Shown piece after piece: positions 7,893 to 16,763 of a DNA stretch of 19,250 nucleotides (its first letter is position 1; the number at the start of each line of letters is the position of its first letter). The notes below the pieces were generated by a model, which saw only the letters and a list, made by a program, of their open reading frames with translations, ran no database searches and was not told where the DNA came from. Both the position numbers and the translations under genes were made by a program. This DNA is from Candidatus Diapherotrites archaeon CG10_big_fil_rev_8_21_14_0_10_31_34. GTDB lineage: Archaea > Iainarchaeota > Iainarchaeia > Iainarchaeales > 1-14-0-10-31-34. Where the stretch lies: NCBI GenBank assembly GCA_002763225.1, contig PFAI01000020.1, forward strand, positions 1-19,250, in the 5' to 3' direction.

Positions 7893-9791
7893 ATGATTAT
7901 GGAATTAAATTATCAAGAACTGGGAATGAAAGCAGGATTAGAAGTTCATCAGCAGTTAAATACAAAAAAACTTTTTTGCTGTTGCCCTTCAATAATGAGA
8001 GAAGATTCATCAGACTTTGAATTCAAAAGAAAATTACGGGCAGTTGCATCAGAACTGGGAAAATTTGATCCGGCAGCATTAGAAGCATTCAAAAAAAAAC
8101 AAAGTTATTTATACAAATTTTATTCTGATTCAAACTGCTTGATTGAATTAGATGAAGAGCCGCCAAAACCAATTAATTTAAATGCATTAAAAACAATTTT
8201 AGAGGTCTGCCTGATGACTGAATCAAATATTGTGGATGAACTGCATGTAATGAGAAAAACCGTAATAGACGGAAGCAATACATCAGGTTTCCAGAGAACA
8301 GTTTTAGTCGGCTTAGGAGGAAAAATCAAATTAAAAGAAAAAGAAATAAAAGTACAGACCATAGTGTTAGAAGAAGATGCAGCAAAAAAAATTGAAGAAA
8401 AAGACAAAGAAATAATTTATTCTTTAGACAGATTAGGAATTCCATTAATAGAGTTAGCAACAGAACCGGATATTAAAACTCCAAAAGAAGCAAAAGAAAC
8501 AGCACTAAAAATAGGAGAACTGTTAAGAAGAACAGGAAAAACAAAAAGAGGATTAGGAAGCATAAGGCAAGACGTAAATATTTCTATTGCAGAAGGCGCA
8601 AGAGTTGAAATAAAAGGAGTGCAGGAACTGGAAATGATTGATGTTTTTGTGGAAAAAGAAGTTGAAAGACAGGTAAAATTAATTGAACTAAAAAACGAAT
8701 TACAAAAAAGAAATTCAACAAAAGAAGAACTGGAACAAGAATCAATGAAAGAAGTAAGCGGAATTTTTTCTGACAGCAAATGCAAAATGATTAAAGGAAA
8801 AAAAGTTTTTGGAATCAGGCTAAAAAAATTTAATGGATTAACAGGAAAAGAATTACAGGAAGGAAAAAGATTTGGAACAGAACTGGCAAAATACGTCAAA
8901 GCAAGAACAGGATTAAAAGGAATATTTCATTCAGATGAACTGCCAAAATATGATATAAGCAAAGAAGAAGTTGAAAAAACAAAAGAAAAACTTGTCTGTG
9001 AAAAACAAGATGCTTTTGTTTTGGTTGCAACTGAAAACCAAAAAACTGCAGAAAAAGCATTGAAAACAGTGATTCAAAGAAGTGTTATGGCGTTAAAAGG
9101 AGTTCCTGAAGAAACAAGAAATGCATTAGAAGATGGAACAACAGAATATTCAAGGCCTTTAGCGGGAAACGCAAGAATGTATCCTGAAACAGACATTCCG
9201 GCTAGAAAAATAAGCAGAAAATTATTAGAAGAATTAAAACAAAATCTTCCTTTAACTTCAGAGCAAAGAAAAATAAAATACATAAACAAATACAGGATTT
9301 CAGAACAATTAGCAGAAAAAATGAAGCTAAACAATTACGCAAGATTTTTTGAAGAACTAATTGAAAAAGGATTCAAGGCAACCGGCACAGCAGTATTATT
9401 GCTTGAAGGAATAACAACATTAAAAAGACAGGGAACAAAAACAGAAAATTTAACTGAAAAAATGATTGAAGAAACACTGAATGCAGTAAAAAAAGGAAAA
9501 CTAGTGAAAGACAATCAATTAAAAGCATTAGATTTATGGAGCAAAGAACCGGAAAAACCAATTGAATCAGTAATCAACTCATTGCAGGAAACACGGTTCT
9601 CTGAAGAAGATTTAAGAAAGTTAGTTAAAGAAACAATAGAAAAAAATTCTGCAATCATTAATACTGAAGGAACAAATGTTTTTTCTGCTTTAATGGGAGA
9701 AGTAATGATTAAAATAAAAGGAAAAGCCTCAGGAAAAGAAGCAAGCAAAATTTTAAGAGAAGAACTAAACAAAAAAGGGATAAAAGAATAA
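7893..9791 (+). CDS. gatE: Glu-tRNA(Gln) amidotransferase subunit E (start may be ATG 7899)
   Basis: GLEVHQQL..KKLFC, MRKTVIDGSNTSGFQRT, LEEDAA, LDRLGIPLIE, RQDVNISI, GIFHSDELP (GAD insertion) and ARMYPETD motifs. Confidence 0.96.
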   Translation: MIMELNYQELGMKAGLEVHQQLNTKKLFCCCPSIMREDSSDFEFKRKLRAVASELGKFDPAALEAFKKKQSYLYKFYSDSNCLIELDEEPPKPINLNALKTILEVCLMTESNIVDELHVMRKTVIDGSNTSGFQRTVLVGLGGKIKLKEKEIKVQTIVLEEDAAKKIEEKDKEIIYSLDRLGIPLIELATEPDIKTPKEAKETALKIGELLRRTGKTKRGLGSIRQDVNISIAEGARVEIKGVQELEMIDVFVEKEVERQVKLIELKNELQKRNSTKEELEQESMKEVSGIFSDSKCKMIKGKKVFGIRLKKFNGLTGKELQEGKRFGTELAKYVKARTGLKGIFHSDELPKYDISKEEVEKTKEKLVCEKQDAFVLVATENQKTAEKALKTVIQRSVMALKGVPEETRNALEDGTTEYSRPLAGNARMYPETDIPARKISRKLLEELKQNLPLTSEQRKIKYINKYRISEQLAEKMKLNNYARFFEELIEKGFKATGTAVLLLEGITTLKRQGTKTENLTEKMIEETLNAVKKGKLVKDNQLKALDLWSKEPEKPIESVINSLQETRFSEEDLRKLVKETIEKNSAIINTEGTNVFSALMGEVMIKIKGKASGKEASKILREELNKKGIKE

Positions 9792-10130
9792 CAAAAACAA
9801 AGATTAAATAACCAAAAAAAAAGAAATAAAAGAATAACAAAAAAAAGGAACAAAATTACTAAAACTGAAAAAAAAACAAATAAAAAGAAAGAAAAGAAAA
9901 ATAACAAAAAAGAATAAATAAACAAAAAAAAGAAAACAACAAAAAAAACAAAAAGGAAAAAAGAAAGAAAATTAAAGAAAAATAAACAAAAAAAAGAAAG
10001 AAAACAAATAAAAGAAACAAAAAAAATTAAAGAAAAATAAACAAAAAGAATTAAAATGAAAATAAAAAAAAGAATAACAGGGAAAAAAATTAAACAATTA
10101 AGAAAAAAATAAGAGTTAAAAAAGATTTTT
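9792..10130. repeat. 339-bp low-complexity A-rich spacer with internal direct repeats
   Basis: Roughly three-quarters A on the + strand. ATAAAAGAATAACAAAAA at 9780-9797 and 9826-9843; ATTAAAGAAAAATAAACAAAAA at 9971-9992 and 10026-10047. Confidence 0.8.
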
Positions 10131-10961
10131 ATGAAAAAAGAGTTTGTTTCAAAAAAAATCCTTAAAAAAGTGCTGAAAAAAAGAAAGCCTGATGACTTTA
10201 AAGGAAAAAACGGAAAAGTGCTGGTTATAGGAGGAAGCATTGAATACATTGGTTCTCCGGCGCTTGCAGCTTTAGCGGCATTAAAATTCTGCGACATAGT
10301 TGAAATTTTTGCCCCGGAAAAGCCTGCTTTATCAATGAACTGTTTTTCCCCTGACTTAATTACAAAAAAATTTTCTGGAAATTACTTTGAAAAAAAACAC
10401 GTAAAAGAAATCTCAGAAAAAGCAGAAAACTTTGATGTTGTTTTAATCGGAAACGGCATGGGAAACAACAACAAAACAAAAGAATTTGTTAATGAGTTAA
10501 TTCCAAAAATTTCTGTTCCAAAAATAATTGATGCAGATGCAATCAAATTATTAAGCGGAAAAGCCAAAAACGCGGTTTTTTTGCCGCAGAAAATTGAATT
10601 TGAAAAAAAGTTCGGGGAAAAGCCTTCAATGAAACCAGATGAAAGAATTAAGCTGACTGAAAAAAAAGCAAAAGAATTCCGGACAACAATTTTATTAAAA
10701 GGAAGAATTGATGTAATTTCAAACGGGAAAAAAACCTTGCTGAATAAAACAGGCAACCCAAGAATGGCTGTAATCGGAACAGGAGATGTTTTGGCAGGAA
10801 TTACTGCAGGAATAGCCTCAAAAAACAATTTATTTGATTCAGCTTGCGCTGGCGCATATATTAACGGATTATTAGGAGAAAAAGCATTTAAAGAAAAAGG
10901 AGATTATTTTACTGCAATGGATTTAATTGAATTAATTCCTGAAATGTTAAAAGGTGAATAA
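10131..10961 (+). CDS. nnrD: ADP-dependent NAD(P)H-hydrate dehydratase (YjeF C-terminal)
   Basis: KGKNGKVLVIGGSIEYIGSP, IGNGMG, IIDADAI, LLKG and NKTGNPRMAVIGTGDVLAG motifs. Confidence 0.92.
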   Translation: MKKEFVSKKILKKVLKKRKPDDFKGKNGKVLVIGGSIEYIGSPALAALAALKFCDIVEIFAPEKPALSMNCFSPDLITKKFSGNYFEKKHVKEISEKAENFDVVLIGNGMGNNNKTKEFVNELIPKISVPKIIDADAIKLLSGKAKNAVFLPQKIEFEKKFGEKPSMKPDERIKLTEKKAKEFRTTILLKGRIDVISNGKKTLLNKTGNPRMAVIGTGDVLAGITAGIASKNNLFDSACAGAYINGLLGEKAFKEKGDYFTAMDLIELIPEMLKGE

Positions 10962-11936
10962 ATGAATGAAATGAATAAATACGATGAAAAAAATTATTTT
11001 GATTTACTGGAAAATTTTCCCCAGCAAATAAGCGAAGCAATGTGGATTGGAAAAAAAATCAGGTTAAAAAAAAGAAAATTTGAAAACATTACAGTTCAGG
11101 GAATGGGCGGGTCAGGAATAACAGGAAAAATTCTGGAAAACTTATTCAAAAATGAATTAAAAATCCCTGTTCAGACAGTAAACGATTATGAAATTCCTGA
11201 ATATGTTTCAAATAAAACTCTTTTCATTGCAGTAAGCTATTCAGGGAAAACAGAAGAAACTTTATCAGGACTGCATCACGCAAAAAAAAAGAAAGCATTT
11301 ATTTTAGGAATCAGTTCAGGAAAAAAATTCAATGAAAGCAGTTATTTCATTAAAATACCGGAAAATTATCCTCCAAGAGCTGCAACAGCTTTTTTGGTTG
11401 TTCCATTAATTTTTGCCCTGCAAAAACTCGGATTAATTACAAAAAAAGAAAAAAACATAATTGAATTCATTAAACTGGCAGAAAAAGAAAAAAACAGAAT
11501 TAAAAAAAATGCGTTTGATTTGGCTGAAAAAATGCATAACAAAACAATTTTTGTTTATTCAGCCAAAACAATTGAAGTTTGTTCTTCTAGATGGATGACA
11601 CAAATAAATGAAAATTCTAAAGGATTTTGTCACGCAAATATTCTGCCTGAAATGAACCACAATGAAATAAACATGAATTATTCAAATGGATTATTTGTTT
11701 TCCTTAAAACAGCAAAAGAAAGCAGTCAAATGCAGAAAAGAATTAAATTTACTAAAAAAGTTTTTTCTAAAGAAAACACTGTAACTGAATTTACCTCAAA
11801 AGGAAAATCATTGTTTGCACAATTATTTTACTTGATTTATTTAGGGGATTTTACTTCTTATTACCTTGCTTTACTGAAAAAAGTTGACCCTTCCCCTGTC
11901 CCGATAATTGAAGGATTAAAAAAAGCATTAAAGTGA
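10962..11936 (+). CDS. Bifunctional phosphoglucose/phosphomannose isomerase (SIS fold)
   Basis: GMGGSG, SYSGKTEET, PRAA, RWMTQINENSK, LPEMNHNE and GDFTSYYLA...VDP motifs. Starts directly after the nnrD stop, with SD AGGTGA. Confidence 0.92.
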   Translation: MNEMNKYDEKNYFDLLENFPQQISEAMWIGKKIRLKKRKFENITVQGMGGSGITGKILENLFKNELKIPVQTVNDYEIPEYVSNKTLFIAVSYSGKTEETLSGLHHAKKKKAFILGISSGKKFNESSYFIKIPENYPPRAATAFLVVPLIFALQKLGLITKKEKNIIEFIKLAEKEKNRIKKNAFDLAEKMHNKTIFVYSAKTIEVCSSRWMTQINENSKGFCHANILPEMNHNEINMNYSNGLFVFLKTAKESSQMQKRIKFTKKVFSKENTVTEFTSKGKSLFAQLFYLIYLGDFTSYYLALLKKVDPSPVPIIEGLKKALK

Positions 11937-11940
11937 TTAA

Positions 11941-12852
11941 ATGAAAGCAATTGGAATAGACATTGGAGGAACAGAAATCAAAGCAGGAATAATAACAGAA
12001 AAAGGAAAAATACTAAAACAAATTAACATTGAAACAGAATCAAATCAGGGCAAAAAAAAATTAATTCAAAACCTTGAAAGAATAATAGAAAAATTAGATT
12101 CAAAAGAAATAAAAGGAATTGGAATAGGTTTTGCAGGAGATGTTGATTCAGTTGCCGGAAAAATAATTCAAAGCCCTAATATTTCATGCATGAACAAAGT
12201 AAATTTAGTTAAAGAACTGAAAAAAAAGTTTAAGAAAAAAATTTTACTTCAAAATGATGCAACTTTAATGACTTTTGCTGAAGCAATTCTGGGAGCAGGA
12301 AAAAAATTTAATTTTGTTGTCGGATTAACTGCAGGGACAGGAATTGGTTCAGGAATAATTTTAAATAAAAAAATCTATTCAGGTAAAAGCAATTTAACTG
12401 AAATAGGGCATACAACAATCAATTTTAACGGTCCAAAATGTTCTTGCGGAAACTACGGCTGTTTAGAATTATATGTCGGAATAAAACCTTTAATGCGTTT
12501 AACTGAAATGAAACTAGAAGTATTTAAGTCAAAACTAAGTGAAATGTGGCCTTTAACCCCAAAAAAAGTTGATGAAGCAGCAAGAAAAAAAGACAAAATT
12601 GCAATTTCAATTCTAAAAGAACAAGGAAGATATTTGGGAATCGGTTTAACAAATATAGTGAATTTCTTTAATCCTGATACAATAGTTTTAGGAGGAGGAT
12701 TAAGCAATTCAGACATTCTCATTAATGAAGCAAAAAAAGAAATGAAATTAAGGGCATTCAAAAGAGTTTCCAATACAAAAATACTTAAAGCAAAATTCAA
12801 AAACCACGCAGGGATGATTGGCGGAGCATTAATGATATTCAAATCAAATTAA
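11941..12852 (+). CDS. ROK-family sugar kinase (glucokinase-like)
   Basis: GIDIGGT, NDA, GTGIGSG, EIGH, zinc motif CSCGNYGCLE, LGGG and AGMIG; no N-terminal HTH. Confidence 0.92.
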   Translation: MKAIGIDIGGTEIKAGIITEKGKILKQINIETESNQGKKKLIQNLERIIEKLDSKEIKGIGIGFAGDVDSVAGKIIQSPNISCMNKVNLVKELKKKFKKKILLQNDATLMTFAEAILGAGKKFNFVVGLTAGTGIGSGIILNKKIYSGKSNLTEIGHTTINFNGPKCSCGNYGCLELYVGIKPLMRLTEMKLEVFKSKLSEMWPLTPKKVDEAARKKDKIAISILKEQGRYLGIGLTNIVNFFNPDTIVLGGGLSNSDILINEAKKEMKLRAFKRVSNTKILKAKFKNHAGMIGGALMIFKSN

Positions 12853-12886
12853 AATCTTTTGCAAACAATAATTTAATGTGATTTAA

Positions 12887-13558
12887 ATGAAAGAAAAACA
12901 AAAAGAAAATTCAGCAATAGAAGCATTAAAATATGTAAAAAAAGGAATGACTCTTGGATTAGGAAGCGGAAGCACAGCAGAAATTTTTGTAAAAAAATTA
13001 GCTGAAAAAAACAAAAAAGAAAAACTGGATTTGACTTGTGTTGCTACCTCAAATAAAACAATGAGAATAGCAATTGATTCAGGCTTAAAAGTAGTGGGAA
13101 TAGATTTAGTTGAAAAAATTGATTTAGCGGTAGACGGAGCAGACCAAGTCAACAGCAAAAAAGAGTTATTAAAAGGAATGGGAGGCTATGCTTTCTTAAA
13201 AGAAAAACAAGTGGATTACAAAGCAAAAAAATTCATTGTAATAATAGATGAAAGCAAACTAACCAAAGAATTAACTGAAGAAATTTTAGTTGAAGTTGAA
13301 CCGGCAAAAGCAATTGAAGTGATAAAAAATTTAAGTGAAAAATTTGACGGAGAAATAGTTCATGCTTCAAATAAATGCATGCCGGTTGAAACAGACAACA
13401 ATAATTATGTTATTTCAGTTCAACTGCATTCACCAATAAAAAACGCAAAAGAATTAGAAAAAAAAATCAACAAAATTGACGGAGTAAAAGAAAACGGATT
13501 GTTTACAAGAGAATGCACTGTAATTGTCGGAACAGATAAAGGGACAAAAACAATTTAA
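12887..13558 (+). CDS. rpiA: Ribose-5-phosphate isomerase A
   Basis: GLGSGST, ATS, DLAVDGAD, KG.GG.A..KEK, DESK, TDN.N and GV.ENGLF motifs. Confidence 0.92.
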   Translation: MKEKQKENSAIEALKYVKKGMTLGLGSGSTAEIFVKKLAEKNKKEKLDLTCVATSNKTMRIAIDSGLKVVGIDLVEKIDLAVDGADQVNSKKELLKGMGGYAFLKEKQVDYKAKKFIVIIDESKLTKELTEEILVEVEPAKAIEVIKNLSEKFDGEIVHASNKCMPVETDNNNYVISVQLHSPIKNAKELEKKINKIDGVKENGLFTRECTVIVGTDKGTKTI

Positions 13559-13612
13559 AAAAAATTTATCAAAAAAATAAAAGTTGAATAAAAAAACAAA
13601 TGGGAAAATTTT

Positions 13613-14680
13613 ATGGACGAGAAAATAAAATTTACTTATTCTGATGCAGGAGTAAACCTTTTGAAAGGAGAAGAAGTAGTTCAAAGAATTAAAAAACACG
13701 TTAAAGACACTTTTACTCCGGAAGTATTACTTGATTCAGGCTTGTTTGCAGGAGCAATAGACTTAAAAAAAATAAAAAAATTTTTTAACCCAGTACTACT
13801 TTCAAGCATTGACGGAGTTGGAACCAAAACAATTATTGCAAGGCAAATGGATAAATGGGATTCAGTCGGACAGGATTTAGTTAATCATTCAGTTAATGAT
13901 ATTTTATGCCATGGAGCAACTCCAATAGCTTTTCTTGATTATATTGCTTCATCAAAATTAAATCCTGTAATAATAGAAGAAATAGTTAAAGGAATGTCAA
14001 TTGCATGCAAAGAAAACGGAGTTGCTTTAATTGGAGGAGAAACAGCTGAAATGCCCGGAACATATAACGAAGGAGAAATAGATATAGCCGGAACAATAAT
14101 CGGAGTAGCAGAAAAAAACAAATTAATTACAGGAAACAAAATAAAAGAAAAAGATGTTTTAATCGGCCTTCCATCAAATGGATTACATACAAATGGTTTT
14201 TCTCTTGCAAGAAAAGTACTGGAAAAAACCGGCAGAAGCCTGAAAGAACAATTTGTAGTTGAAAAAGAAGATTTTACTTTAGGAGACTTGCTTTTAAAAA
14301 TACATAAAAGCTATTTAAATGAAGTAAGTTATTTAATGAAAAAATTTGAGTTAAAAGGAATAGCCCATATTACCGGCGGAGGACTAATAGGAAATTTACC
14401 AAGAATTTTTCCTTCAGGAATCGGCGCAGTAATAAACCAAAACAAAATCAAAATACCATTTATCTTCAAATTTTTGCAGGAAAACGGAAACATTCCAGAA
14501 AAAGAAATGTTTAAAGCATTTAACATGGGAATCGGCATGGTTTTAATTGTTTCACAAAAAGATTCAGAGAAAATTGTTTTAGAACTAAAAAAACAGTTTT
14601 CAATGGATGCAGTAATTTTAGGGGAAACAATAAAAGGAAAAGGAATCAAACTAGAAAAACCATTCTTCAAAGAAAAATAA
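13613..14680 (+). CDS. purM: Phosphoribosylformylglycinamidine cyclo-ligase (AIR synthase)
   Basis: TYSDAGV, DGVGTK, VND, FLDY, GGETAEMPG, SNGLHTNG, HITGGG and FNMGIGM motifs. Confidence 0.96.
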   Translation: MDEKIKFTYSDAGVNLLKGEEVVQRIKKHVKDTFTPEVLLDSGLFAGAIDLKKIKKFFNPVLLSSIDGVGTKTIIARQMDKWDSVGQDLVNHSVNDILCHGATPIAFLDYIASSKLNPVIIEEIVKGMSIACKENGVALIGGETAEMPGTYNEGEIDIAGTIIGVAEKNKLITGNKIKEKDVLIGLPSNGLHTNGFSLARKVLEKTGRSLKEQFVVEKEDFTLGDLLLKIHKSYLNEVSYLMKKFELKGIAHITGGGLIGNLPRIFPSGIGAVINQNKIKIPFIFKFLQENGNIPEKEMFKAFNMGIGMVLIVSQKDSEKIVLELKKQFSMDAVILGETIKGKGIKLEKPFFKEK

Positions 14681-15124
14681 CTAGAACATTAATTTTTCTT
14701 CATAATACAAAGGCTTTTGATTATAGTGAATCCAAGCATTTATTTTGTAAAAATATTTTTTAGGCAATTCAAGTTTTTTGAATATTTTTCTTCTGCCTAA
14801 CCCTTGAGAATGCATTTGCATTACTTTTTCATATAACTTCCATTCATTATTCAAATGTTCAGAATTTTTTAAAAATTTGTCAACCTCCTTTGTAAACCTT
14901 TCTTGTTTTTCTTTTGCATACATAAATGGAATTTCTTTAAATAAACGCAAAATGTTTGGGCTGTGAGAATCAATACTAAAATAAATTTTCATTGAACGAT
15001 TTCCATCTTTTTTTATCGTTCTAGATTTTTCAAAAGTTATTGGAGAAGTAGAAATTTCAAACTCTTTCAACAAAATTTTTATTTGATTAAGAAAAAATTC
15101 TAAATCCTTTTTATTGAATTTTTT
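14681..15124 (-). pseudogene. 5'-truncated LAGLIDADG homing-endonuclease-like remnant with C-terminal HTH
   Basis: The frame stays open past the TTG at 15073 up to a TAG at 15125-15127: KKFNKKDLEFFLNQIKILLKEFEIST...YFSI...NILRLFKEIPFMYAKEKQ, then YEKVMQMHSQGLGRRKI..KL.LP...INAWI...KP. This resembles the second half of intein/intron-type LAGLIDADG domains plus an HTH. The LAGLIDADG helix and an ATG start are missing. Confidence 0.55.
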
Positions 15125-15203
15125 CTAGCTTTTGAAGAAAACAAGGAAAGAAACTTGCTTTTATCAACAATTATTTTGTTCACATAAAAATTTGTTTTTA
15201 GTT

Positions 15204-15233
15204 ATTTAAAAGCAGTTTGAAACCCGTAACTGC
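15204..15233 (-). terminator. Hairpin plus T run downstream of the small zinc-finger gene
   Basis: On the - strand, GCAGTT-ACGGGTTTCA-AACTGC followed by TTTT, starting 16 bp after the stop at 15250. Confidence 0.45.
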
Positions 15234-15249
15234 CGATGATTAAAAATAA

Positions 15250-15447
15250 TCAAAACATCCCTTTTGCAGATTTTCTCGCTTTTCTTGCACAACGTTTATG
15301 CCAGTATTGCCCTGCCCACTTTTTTTCGCTTCCTCCGCCACCGCACAAAGCACAAGATTCATCATATTTTCCTTCTAATTGAACTTCTTGTTTTTTTTGT
15401 TCTTTTACTTCTCCTATTTTTTTCTTTAATATATCCCCTAAACCCAT
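15250..15447 (-). CDS. Small zinc-finger protein (CxxC-x14-HxxC)
   Basis: 65 aa with SD GAGGG upstream; motif CALC-GGGGSEKKWAGQYW-HKRC. Confidence 0.75.
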   Translation of the reverse strand: MGLGDILKKKIGEVKEQKKQEVQLEGKYDESCALCGGGGSEKKWAGQYWHKRCARKARKSAKGMF

Positions 15448-15545
15448 TTCAATTCCCTCAAAACAAAAAAAGCAGGAAAAGTTTTAAAATAGCATTTAAC
15501 AGAAAAAAACAACAAATAAATACAAGAAAAACATTATAGTAATGA

Positions 15546-16757
15546 ATGAATAAAAAAATTCTTTTTATAACATTATTGCTTTTTTCAGTTAATGCTTATG
15601 CAGCACTAGGAGAAATTGGAGGGAAACCTCCTCTTGTTTCAATCAACAATTTAGAAGAAGATTCAAGTCCGCCTTACATTGATGAATTAAATAACCTGAA
15701 AACTGATTTAGTGTTAAGAATTACATCAAATAATGCAACAGAATGCAGGTATTCAACTATTCAAGGATTTAATCCTTTAACACAAGGAAATTTATGCAGT
15801 TTAGCAGACCCTTCAAATGCAACATGCGAATTTGGAAAACTATTAAACGGGGATTACACTTATTATTATGCATGCAAAAACTCTTCTAGCACTTGGTCTT
15901 CTTCTAATTCAAAAATTGATTTTGAAGTTAATCCAAGCATTACAGTTTTTGTTTCAATTATTTCTCCTTTAGATGGAAACCAATATTATATCGGAAAAGA
16001 AATATTATTTGAAGCTGAAATTATTTGCGCAAATGAACCATGCACTTTTAGATGGGATTCAAACAAAGACACTGGGTGGCATTCAACAGACCAAAACATT
16101 TCATACAATGGGCTAAGTATCGGAGACCATAATATCAGTCTGACTGTAACAGATTTTTTTGGAGGGGTTGAAAAAGGTTATACAATAATTTCAATTAATC
16201 CAATCCCAACAGATGTATTATCAATCTCAGATTTTCAAATAACAAAATTAGAGCCAGCAGACAGATATGCAGTAAACAGCAAAATAAGAGTTCAGGCAAA
16301 AGTAAACTATTTCTTGTTTGAATCAATTAATGCAAAAGCATTCATCATAATCAGCGACCCAAGAACCGGACAAGCATTATACGGCCCAGAACCATTTTAC
16401 TTAAATTTTTCAGTTCCTGCTTTTGAAGAATATGATTTAAACATTGATTTAGGAAACTATGGTTTTGAAGAAAGACAAAACTATAAAATAGAATTTTTGG
16501 TTGTAAGCAATTTCGTTGAATCTTCTCCTGAATACTTTGTTGACCCAATGGATGAATACAGTGATTACTGGGCAGACGGACAAATATATTTTATTCCGGA
16601 AACACAAATCCCAGAACAAAACAAGGCAAACAATTCAGGATATGAAATAATTGAATTAGGCCCTGAAGTATTAAGAGACATAAGCAATCTCCCTGAAACA
16701 AACTCAACAATAATTTTACTGATTGTTTTTGCAGTTTTAATCCTACTTAAAAAATAA
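15546..16757 (+). CDS. Cell-surface protein with Ig/PKD-like domains and a C-terminal sorting-type anchor
   Basis: Signal peptide MNKK...VNAYA. PKD-like segment (IISPLDG...FRWDSN...LSIGDHNISLTVTD), CARDB-like E.NxxNN, and a C-terminal LPET + TM helix + KK. Confidence 0.8.
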   Translation: MNKKILFITLLLFSVNAYAALGEIGGKPPLVSINNLEEDSSPPYIDELNNLKTDLVLRITSNNATECRYSTIQGFNPLTQGNLCSLADPSNATCEFGKLLNGDYTYYYACKNSSSTWSSSNSKIDFEVNPSITVFVSIISPLDGNQYYIGKEILFEAEIICANEPCTFRWDSNKDTGWHSTDQNISYNGLSIGDHNISLTVTDFFGGVEKGYTIISINPIPTDVLSISDFQITKLEPADRYAVNSKIRVQAKVNYFLFESINAKAFIIISDPRTGQALYGPEPFYLNFSVPAFEEYDLNIDLGNYGFEERQNYKIEFLVVSNFVESSPEYFVDPMDEYSDYWADGQIYFIPETQIPEQNKANNSGYEIIELGPEVLRDISNLPETNSTIILLIVFAVLILLKK

Positions 16758-16763
16758 AAAAAA

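Noticed and set aside
9789..10133. gatE-nnrD read-through fusion or alternative genetic code
   Set aside because: The genes share a frame, but four TAA codons would need to be read through, and TAA terminates many well-defined genes in this window.
9515..10297. 260-aa Phe-rich ORF on the - strand
   Set aside because: It overlaps gatE and nnrD antisense. The F/L/I/V run is simply the complement of the A-rich tract, where stop codons are scarce.
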